In this document: in pieces, positions 53,966 through 63,620 of the stretch
How positions within the stretch are numbered: position 1 is the stretch's first letter
Layout of the letters: the number at the start of each line of letters is the position of its first letter
From: Dicyema japonicum
Lineage: Eukaryota; Animalia; Dicyemida
Direction of reading: 5' to 3'
DNA: 64,000 bases
NCBI GenBank assembly: GCA_011109175.1
Contig: RDEW01000005.1
Coordinates: 372,001-436,000 of the forward strand
Position numbers and translations under genes: made by a program
The notes under the pieces: generated by a model
What the model was told of the DNA's origin: nothing
Seen by the model: the letters and a program-made list of their open reading frames with translations, nothing else
Databases searched by the model: none

Positions 53966-55233
53966 ATGTCTGATGATGATCGAGATCATGAGCATTTATT
54001 TTTAACTATGAATGCATTTTATCATTATGGGTATGTATTTTTTTTACATAAAACAAATTTTTTTAAAATATTCAATAGGGATCATATGAGAAAGAAAATC
54101 GAGCTAGCTTCCACCAACTACGGAAAACTCTCTGAGAAGCACAAATCATACATACCTCATTACAAAATTACTTAGAAAATGTCTCAAACTTTATCGATGT
54201 TAATTGCAAACTCCTTAAAGATGTTTTATTGAATTCAAAGCATTTTATCCAGAATTTTCTTCCTAGCGATGTCGCATCCAGGGAGTGTGTGATGGAAAAG
54301 GTCAGTAGATTCCTTCATTTTAGATGGAGTTATACAAACCTTCTGATTACGTTATGGGAAAATTGGTTTCAGTGCTGCACCACATTGTAAGAGACTGGGG
54401 GGTTAGTGGAGCCTACGAACGGTCTACTTGCTATGCGCCTATAATTCACGTTGTTAACAAATGTTTTATCCCTGGAAGGTTTAAATCAGATTTGAGTTCA
54501 GTTCGGTAAAGATATTAGTCCCTGGAGCCGGCTTGGGTAGACTTGCCTGGGAATTAGCCTCCATTGGATATACCTGTCAGGGCAATGAACAGGCCTTGGA
54601 CATGCTGTTTGTCTCCCAGTATATTCTCAACTAGTTTCAGCGGTGGTTACTTTAGTTTGACGGAGAAAGAGGAGGTCACTTTCTATCCATGGATTGGTAA
54701 CTTTAGCAATAGAATGACCAATGATGACCAACTCGAGTCCGTCACTTTTCCCGATGTGTCCCCACGCTCACGGCAGGTTGATAATTTCTCAATGGTTGGT
54801 GGGGACTTTCTTGAGATTTATACAATCAGTGGTGAAGACGTATAGATGATGGTTTAGAAAGCTGGAGTTGTGTGGTCACTTGTTTCTTCATTGATACTGC
54901 CCATAATGTGTTGGAGTACATAGACAGAATATATGATATTCTTGAAATGGGGGGAATTTGGGTCAATCTCGGTTAGGTGGTTCAACATTATATGCAGGTC
55001 CTCTGTTATACCACTACTCGGGGACTGATAAGACCGTGGAACTCAGTTATGAAGACATTAGGAGGGTTGTCGAGACCATGTTTGTGATAGAAGTATTTTT
55101 GTTTTAAATTTAGTATGAAAATAATGATTTGTCTGTTTTGTATATTTATGAACACAAGAGTATGCTTAATTATGGATACAATCCAATATTCTTTGCTGCA
55201 AGGAAAGTACCCAAAGATTTTACTCAAATTTAA
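53966..55233 (+). CDS. CARNMT1: Carnosine N-methyltransferase 1 (UPF0586/N2227 family); frame needs one extra A in the run at 54164-54167
   Basis: [73 protein letters not shown]; introns 21-26 nt plus one of 48 nt. Confidence 0.9.
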
Positions 55234-55319
55234 ACATATTTTAATATTATTTGTTAATTTTTTTATTTCTATTTAAATTTATTTTAAATATTAATTTATT
55301 CGGACACTATAAATCAGCT

Positions 55320-55850
55320 TTATTTAACCAACAATAAAAAGTTAATATTTACTACCTTCCTCTCCAGCCGGGTGGCGTAGTGGTTAGGTGTCGGGTTTAA
55401 GTGGCTTAGGCTACGGGTTCGAATCTCGCTGCTGTTCACCTGGTGGAAGGTTCCACGCATCTACGATGCAGAAATGGTTTGACGAGTGACGCCGTCATCA
55501 GTGAATACTCACTGCGGAACTGGATTTGTCTAGAAAGGACACTCACACAAAAAAAAGAAAAAAAGAAGTGAAGATCATTCCTTGGTTCTACGATTAGTTA
55601 AAATTAACTGTTCTTTACTTAAATAAAGTGTGTGTCCTGCCTATGCGGAGCTATAAAACACTATGGCTCTCGTGAAAAGGCTTTATTATTATTATTATTA
55701 CCTTCCTCTCCAGCCTCTTCAGGCAGGTTCGATTCTGGTTGCTGAAACAAATTCGAGAGCGGTTTGTCCAATTGAACCCTCTTCACATATGACATCTCCG
55801 GGCTCTGCTCCTATATTCCAGTGTCAGGCTATGTCCACCAACCAGAAATG
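55320..55850 (-). mobile_element. R4-like 3' tail (same subfamily as 18440-18950) interrupted by a SINE
   Basis: tttaaccaacaataaaaagttaatattta and tgtccaattga.ccctct..atctccgggctctgct..ccagtgtcaggct match 18440-18620. Confidence 0.75.
55370..55698 (+). mobile_element. tRNA-derived SINE with (TTA)n tail and 17-bp target-site duplication
   Basis: A box TGGCGTAGTGG, B box GGTTCGAATC; TSD taccttcctctccagcc at 55353-55369 and 55699-55715. Confidence 0.9.
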
Positions 55851-56489
55851 ACTTTAAAAACGAAACTGTTTAAGTGAAATCAACATAAGAAATACAAATT
55901 AGAAATTTAGCTTTTATCCCTAGAAAAGTGATGGGTCTGCCACTGCTGATTAGTGCAAAACCACATGAAGGAAATTTTAGTTGCCAAGATAAGACAGAAC
56001 CCATTTTCACATGTGATCTGGTTGTATGATGACCTCTTAACAGGTACCCTTGTGGACATTTTTTTTTCTTCAACTGTATAGTAAAAATGAGGGACATTAG
56101 GTTATATTTAGGGAGAATCAAGTTTAATGTCTTTTTTATAAGGAACAAGTTCTTATGGAAGTATTGGTATCCTCTATTAAGACAGCGTTAATCTTTCCCG
56201 GTACTCGTTACACTGCGGCACCCTGAGGATTATCTATATAAAGAAAAACCAGTATTGGCGATAATTTCTGCAACTTTAAAGTCATGAATAGTTTGGGGAT
56301 TTGTAGATATTAATGAAGTTACTTTTTATCATTTTTCTTGCTTTAAGTTTTAAATCCAATACCTTTTACCAGTGATTACTAAGCCGGATAAAGGGTGTGG
56401 CGGATGTATACCTACCAGCAAGTCAAAGTGGGTTCCGAGAAGGGAGGTCTACGGCAGACATTGTATGGAGCCACAGATGGCGATGCGCA

Positions 56490-57245
56490 ACGCACCAAAG
56501 ATTCAATAGCGCAACGACCGTGTTGGGAATAGCTCAGCGTAAATGTAAACAAAACCGAAATTACTGAAATTAAAAGAGAAGACGATATTACTCATGAAAA
56601 ATGGAGATGTGCTAATAAGCTCAACTTTACTAGGAGACACTGGAGATGTACTAAGGAGGAAAACACTGGCAAATGCAGCAATGGATAAACTAAGGAAAGG
56701 ATAGCTAAAAGCCAAAAGACTTGAAGTTGACATCAGATACAGGCTTTACAACGCCTTTGTTAAACCAATCCTCCTGGACTTGGGGAAGTTCCTTCAAAGA
56801 ACTATAAAACTGGATTCGTTCCACAGAGGGCAACTAAGAAGCTTACTCGGAATGGAGTGGCCACGTAGAATATCAACCACTGGTATCTACAACAAGTGTA
56901 TGTGTTCTTACATCAGCAAGGATGTGATAGATGCCCGGTGGAGGCTTATTTGGGCATGTACTAAGAATGAACCCGGACGCACCCGCTAACAATGCGATGG
57001 AAGATTACTTTGACAGTTGCGAAAAACCCTTCCGCGGACGACCTAGATCGACATTTCCGACTGCCTTAAACAAAGACTTAAATTGTGTGAGAAAAAATCT
57101 AAAGACGGGGGACGACCTGGACGAATTGAGATCACTCGCATTCGACAGAGAAGATGGAAAAGACTAACTATAAATATTGTTTCTTTGAGTGTTGCACATG
57201 CGGGGCTATAATCATTATGGCTTTCGTGAAAGTGCCTTAATAATA
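56490..57245 (+). mobile_element. RTE LINE, 5'-truncated, with 3' UTR
   Basis: NVNKTE..LLGDTGDVLRRKTLANAAM..LDSFHRGQLR..GHVLRMNPDAPAN..RGRPRST..LNKDL. Confidence 0.85.
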
Positions 57246-57629
57246 GTGATTAAGGAAGTTTTCTAATAAACAAAGAGAAAATCTTAATCAATTGACCAAA
57301 TTATTCACAACTTTAATTTAATTTTTAATATAAAGTGGAAAAAAATAAAAATTTTATTAACACGTGTCTGCTAATGCTTCTCGTTGATACCTTACTTTTC
57401 ATGAAAAAACTCAAATTTTAAATTATGATGCTCGTTCCTGCACTTATTTGATAGATTTTCCCACGTGATTAGAAAGACAATATCAAGACAAAAATAAATA
57501 ATCTTTTACTGAAGAAATATTGAGAGATTCTATAAAACGTCAACCGTCTTTTGTTGTCTTTCCGAAGCTTGAAGTTGGTAGAATGGATGCAAAATAATTT
57601 TATATCATAATTAACAAAAATATAATTCA

Positions 57630-58040
57630 TGATCGACAAGCTGGCAGTGTGGCTCTCAAAACAGAGATTCGACACATCGGCAACAGAGTCTTCTGTCACT
57701 GTTTACCGCTTACAAAAGACAGCTCTCTTTACATGAAACACTCAAGGTACATTGCAACGCTCCAAAAGTACGAGCGAAACTGTGTTATGAGGAATTAATA
57801 AAGGACATATTAGATTGTGTCCGTCTTGAGTAGATCAGGGGAGGCCTTTAGCTCAATAGAGCTATGCCAAAATTGAGCCAGCTTTTATTTAAAACAACTT
57901 TTATGGAGAATTGTATATTCTATAACTGGAACCCTTAGAAAATGAAGGGAGACATAGGCACAATAGAGCTCTAATAAACAAGAGCTACGCTTATGATGAG
58001 AATTGTCTGTTTAATTAGGTTTTTAACGCTTATTATTATT
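57630..58040 (+). mobile_element. Possible jockey-like RT C-terminal fragment
   Basis: IDKLAVWLSKQRFDTSATESSVT motif; remainder degraded. Confidence 0.35.
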
Positions 58041-58079
58041 TTAATTTTTTTTCCGAGAAAACATAAAAATAGTTAAGTT

Positions 58080-58460
58080 TCCCCTGTGCCGTGTTCCTAA
58101 TCATCCTCTCCGTCAGCCTCGACCATGATTTTCTGTTGCTCGCTAGTTCTCTTAGGTAGTCTAGGTCGTCTGCCATTTCCATTATAATGTTGGATGCTGT
58201 CCAAACTTTTGTAACACAGTGAATCAGGTCCTGATGGACTACAAATCCGCGACCATAATGTCGGCAGACCGATGAAAGGGTAAAAAGGTGGAAGGGTAAA
58301 TTTTCTAAACAGTTCTGTAAATTTTACGGTCGTTTTTGTCTCTTGTAGACAGCAGACAGAGATGTCATATTTTGTTAAATCGCATGCCAGTTAGTGTTTC
58401 TTGTAAGGTTGTTTAAGTCCTCTGAGACGCAAAAGTCAAGGATCGCATTTCTCCTCAAAA
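58080..58460 (-). mobile_element. RTE relic: APE N-terminus fused to the extreme C-terminal tail
   Basis: DLTKYDISVCCLQETK..RHYGRGFVV directly followed by ADDLDYLRELASNRKSWSRL. Confidence 0.65.
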
Positions 58461-59112
58461 CCTTTATCTACTACATCTTATATTGACATTAACAATCGAT
58501 CCTCTTCTCCAGCAAAAATCACGTCGACCCTCTTACACAGAGTAATCTGGATCTCCGCTCTCCTCGACTTTTATAGAAGCGGGATAACACCCTATCTGTG
58601 TCTAGTGAAGTACCATCCCCAAGTCCATAGAGGAGCGATGCAATGATCGTACGCGAAAACATAAATAAAAACGTCTCCATTTAGAGGTCAATTTCTGCAT
58701 TCAGTTTTCTGAATCGTTTGGTGTCCTCTTTCCTCTGGAACTTGATGTCATATATTGTACCCCCTCGATCTTGACTCCACATAGAGTGCCTCGTTAACGA
58801 CCAGTCTTGTTGTGTCCAAAAAACCTCATTTGATTTTTCTGACAGCTATAAACCAAGTTGATCGTAACAGTGTCTTATCTCTTTCATACATTCAGTCTAC
58901 TCTCTGGAGTCAACTCGATAAATGGCGCGTCATCTGCATGGAAACCAGCCATCAGAATGCAGAATTTACAGCACAGGTTTTAGTGAGAATTGTCCAACTT
59001 TCACATAGCAAACCAATTATTACTAAAAACCAAAATTTAAATTATTGTATCACTAATAAAAATAAAAACAGAATTAAATTGTGATAATAAAAAACTTAAA
59101 ATTAACCAGACT

Positions 59113-59484
59113 TCAGCACACAGCACCATAAAGGTTATGCTCTTTGCAGTAATCATTAAATGACTTGCTCGCTTCATCCAGCTGAGTATTCAGACTTTCC
59201 AAAGTCCCCTTGATTTGTTGACAAGTGTTGTCCAATATTGGGAGAAGTTCTCCTGCAGTTTTCTCTACGAGTGCTCCACCAATCCTTCTGAAACACTTCC
59301 TTGATCCCTCCAACTTACTCAGGACTCCATGAATATATCTAAAATTATAAAGTGAATGAAACTCGTGCTCTCTAAATTCAGCATTAAGTTCAGCCATCTT
59401 ATCATGCAGGGATATTATTCGCTGTTTCAACTCATTATGTTTATTAACGACCTCTTCACTTATTTTATTGGTTTTATCACTCAT
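59113..59484 (-). CDS. PFDN2: Prefoldin subunit 2, 2 exons (24-nt in-frame intron 59339-59362)
   Basis: EHE..LSKLEGSRKCFRRIGGALVEKTAGELLPIL matches the PFDN2 RKCYRMVGGVLVERT motif. Confidence 0.88.
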   Translation of the reverse strand: MSDKTNKISEEVVNKHNELKQRIISLHDKMAELNAEFREHEFHSLYNFRYIHGVLSKLEGSRKCFRRIGGALVEKTAGELLPILDNTCQQIKGTLESLNTQLDEASKSFNDYCKEHNLYGAVC

Positions 59485-60979
59485 TATTCTAAAAAGATTT
59501 ATACTCAATTGGTCACCAAGAGACTGAAATGCCCTTAAGATTTGAATTAATTAAATATTATTTAAATTAATATGAAAATATTTAATTTTTATTTTTACTA
59601 CTAAGAGAACTTTCCCGACCCTTGAAGAGATTCCAGATAAATTCTATCACAAATCCTTTCAAGACATCTACGCCTCTGGAATAGGATTGATTTGGTTCCT
59701 TCACGTGACTACTTTGGTGATAGTATCAATCAAAGGACCACCAATGACTCTAAAGGATTGTGGAAGCGCCCAGCACTCTCAGCTAGCATACTAGAAGGTA
59801 CTGAGGTCAAGGCAACTTAATTGGAGAGCATTAAAGCCCCTCAAATTTTGGAAGAGCCAGTTTTCCAGAGAGAATACCTCAAGTAAGCTCTCAATGAGTT
59901 ACGTGTATTGGGAGTGAACAGGTGGAAATAGATGGGAATGACCATGAGGTTGTAAATTTAGAATGTTAATGTGTTTGATGTTCCTTTTGGTTAGAGACTT
60001 TGTGTATCTTGAGTCTGTATGTTACGAACACGTGGAAGGTAAACGAGAAGATGCATGTCATGGAGAGATGAGTACATTTGGGGATGAACAGGTACGTCAT
60101 TAATTGTTTTTATCACACAATGTTAAAAGACTAAAATTTTATCATTAACTTAGTCACTTCATTTTGAAGAAAATTCTGTTCTCCGTTGTATAACTTTCAG
60201 GATATTTGTCTGAATGTAGCTTTCACAAAAATCAGGCGTTATGCTATCAAAATTAACGAAATAACATTTGGGGACAGATGAATGTGAATACACGTGTCAC
60301 CTGAATGTCTAACCACCATAAAATATTCGTACCGCCCTTTGATATCACAGTTAACTCGTCGATTTGTTAAAATATAATGTTTTTTAGAAAAAATTGTAAC
60401 AAATCATGCCCCCGGTTGTATAGAGACGCTGTGAGAACACGTGGTTTCAGCTACGACAAACTTGAAAACGTAAAGTCCTCTTATGAGTTTGGGCTTTCGC
60501 TGAGGACGATCCTGGATGAATTGCTGGCATAGTGTAACTCCTACAAAATAAAAAAATCCAATTTACATGTGGATGAGTGAGATCTCTGATTGTATAAAAA
60601 CCCAGTCTTTAGAATGTGCTTTATCCACCCTTTCTTGTCTTCCAAAGCCATCATTTTTGATAAACTACTTGTGATCCTCTGATTGTGTTAGTATAGGCGA
60701 TCATGAGCTTGTGATTAGATTTCAAACTTTCAAGATAGATCTTTCCCTTTATCAGAAGGAAATTTTCCTCCTTCTTTTAAGTCTATACTTCCTAACTGCT
60801 TATACATCCACGTCTTGTTCTTCAAATACATTTTATCATGTTGTATTCTTCAGTATTTTTTACGATCAGTTTGTAGGGATATGGTGTGGCTACTTTTTGA
60901 TTTTATTGTTAAAAATTTTGGGATGCCAACAAAAATTGATATAAATCTTTTATATAATACTTAAAACTAAGAAAACTCA

Positions 60980-61330
60980 TATGACATAATCGCAGGATTC
61001 CTTGTTATCAAGTACAAGATGGACCCAACCCAAATAAGCTTTATCAAAGACTATCAACAGAAATCCCTGTTGGATAGTATCAGGAGTAATTCGATCCAAT
61101 ATAATTTATAATTGTTGCGAAAATGAGAATATTGATCTTGGATCCGCTGAGTGATGTCGGATCCCGGTGTCCTCAAGAAGACGCTGGAGACCATGTTGGT
61201 GGAGTATAAATATGTTGTGCTCACCATCGAGGAAGATTTGGTCACAGCAACTAATCTGGTGGAATTAGCAAATCAGTTCAATTAAAATCCAGGTAACCTG
61301 GGTGAGGTAAAAACGGATGGGTTTCAGGCT
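60980..61330 (+). mobile_element. R4-like 3' tail remnant
   Basis: YDIIAG..VLKKTLETMLVEYK..LVELA, homologous to 50870-51130. Confidence 0.6.
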
Positions 61331-61557
61331 AACGACCCTTCTTCTAAGGAAAGAAAGGTTTAAAAGCGATTAGCAATTTTGATTTAATTAAGTTTTCCGT
61401 AAAAATAAAACCAGGTTTGACTATCAAATCGCAACTCTCGATCATGTTCAGCGCTCGCGAAATAATAAAACTTGAACTAAGAAATCAACACTGACACTCG
61501 AGGACAATCAATTAGAAAATATTTATAACAAATGAAACTGTCAAGGTTGGCAGTGAT

Positions 61558-62154
61558 TCAAGAATCACGGTCTTTTTTGAGATCGACTCTTTGTAGCTTT
61601 ATAAACTTGGAATTATTTCCAATTACGAGCTGTTTGTTCGCTTTGTGTGAGACTCTGACGGACGCCGCAAGCTTATTCAGAGAGAATTTTTGATTGTGGT
61701 CGTGTACATTCACTAGAAAGTTTGAATGGGAGTCCTCAATGGATTTTTCATAGACAGCTATTAGATAAAATTAGTCGTATAACTATAATGAGTCCCGTAA
61801 CGGATTCCTGATCTAACAATGTATCCCATGTCCCTTAGAGCCTTGTAGGTTTCAAATTTTAGTTCAAAGTCTTGATCCAGATATTGAAAATGATCCTTTA
61901 TGTCTTTAAAAGTCATCGGACGATCCTTGAAGCGTAATGAAACAGATCACCCAGTTCATGTTGATGATTTTGAAGTTATCAATAACTCCAGTTAGATAAA
62001 GACCCTCTTCTAATGAAAGAACTAACACTTCATCATAACTTTCGGGTTCCCCTCTAGAAAAGTTACCCTTTCCATAGTATCCCAGGTTATATATGTATTT
62101 TTCATGCTCCTTATTCTTGACAATGACGAAATATCCCACTAACTCTGCTTGCAT
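61558..62154 (-). CDS. TSEN2: tRNA-splicing endonuclease catalytic subunit SEN2, 3 exons, about 181 aa
   Basis: GYYGKGNFSRGEP, LVLSLEEGLYL, YKALRDMGYIVRSGIRYGTHYTVYEKSIEDSH..RVSHKANKQL; introns of 25 and 26 nt. Confidence 0.88.
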
Positions 62155-62190
62155 CACCTCCACTCAGAAACAATATTTATTTATTTAAAA

Positions 62191-62677
62191 TTAATAATGT
62201 CTTATTAATTCATTTAAAAAATCTTTTTGTTCATTTTCAACTTTTTTAACGTAATTCAGTTCAATTTTGAGCCTGAAATCAAAATTATAAAAAAAAAAAA
62301 CTTTTCCAGTGTTAGTCTCCGTTCCTCAAGAATGCCAGCAAGCTGTTGAACTTTAAGTTTTTTGGTTTTCTCCAAATTAATTAGCTGATTCTTCTTAGAG
62401 TTTACCTAGGAAATGTGGTCACCCTTTACATTTGCCTTAGCTTGACTAATCTCCGCTGAGAGGTTTTCAAATAGTTGGATATATTCGGCCACTGTTGTTT
62501 TGAAGTCTTTTACGGCTAAAAGTAATTTATCCTTTAACATTCTGTAAATTCGGAACATTCATTTTTTAAATTTTCAGAATTTGTAGCCACATGTGGTTCG
62601 ACTACACGAATTTGCCCAAATTCATCGAAACTAAGACCAGCTTTGGACATTAAGTCTTGTGTGCCTTGCGATATCAT
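62191..62677 (-). CDS. IFT20: Intraflagellar transport protein 20, 4 exons, about 136 aa (absent from the ORF track)
   Basis: Introns of 23, 24 and 29 nt give AGLSFDEFGQIRVVEPHV..LKNECSEF..QQLAGILEERRLTLEKLKIE..KVENEQKDFL, collinear with IFT20 (AGLHFDELNKLRVLDP..LKEEC..KVEAEQNEF). Confidence 0.9.
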
Positions 62678-62739
62678 TATAAGACTATGGCAACAATTTT
62701 TAAATTATAAAATTTAAATATATTTTTTTCATTTTTTTG

Positions 62740-63400
62740 TAGCTCAAAACAGCATACAAAGAAATTTGGCACTCTCTTATGAGATACAGAAGACATACTA
62801 CAAAGAAAATCACTAGCAGGTTTCGTTCTTAAAAGACTAAACAACGTATGGTTACGAGGTAAACAACTTCCTAAAAATCAAATTATACAATATGTTCGTA
62901 AAACCGGTTTTACTGTACAACTCTTCTACCTGGGCACTTACAACGCATGAAATGGAAAGTCTGAACTCCTTTCATAGAATGCAGCTCAGATACATTCTAA
63001 GAATTTCCTGGCCAAATCACACCTCAAACAAATACCTCTATTCCCATTACGATATCCACCTATTGGACGAAGAAATAAGAAGTAACAGATGGGGCCTATT
63101 TGGTCACATCTTAAGAAAGAACAGGAATACTCCCGCTAATCTCGCGATGGAACACCACTATGTTCCTCATCTGGGATCGACTTTCCGGGGAAGACAACGT
63201 ATTACTCTACCAACCCTTCTACATCAAGATCTAACTTAGATTGGGAAAGAGTTGACGTCGGCAGATTATTTTGAACACCTGAGGGACCTATCGAGGAACA
63301 GAGGGAACTGGAAGCGGTTAACAAAACGCATCCAGGAGAGGGTGGCACTAGCGAGATAACTTTACTAACGTTCTTTTGCGGTGTGCTTATTAATAATAAT
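62740..63400 (+). mobile_element. RTE LINE, 5'-truncated
   Basis: FVKPVLLYNSSTW..LNSFHRMQLR..WGLFGHILR..PANLAM..RGRQRITLP; ends in (TAA)n. Confidence 0.85.
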
Positions 63401-63499
63401 AAAACAGCACGGGTTTAAAGCAGAGCGTTCAACTTCAACTCATTTAATCGCTCTGGCATCTTTTATCCGCAAAGGATTCACAAACAAACCCAGACATGA

Positions 63500-63620
63500 A
63501 AATAGTACATTGTTCCGTAGATGTTCACAAAGCGTTTGACTCTGTTCTTAGGAAAAAACAACTTGGAAAATAGTTCAATATGAAATCCATGGAAACCTTA
63601 AACTCTAGTTGGTACGCCGA
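63500..63620 (+). mobile_element. LINE RT fragment
   Basis: VDVHKAFDSV motif only. Confidence 0.4.

Noticed and set aside
57838-57890. tRNA-like 5' half (gcctttagctcaatagagc)
   Set aside because: No B box or T arm and no acceptor-stem pairing; it lies inside a probable LINE relic.
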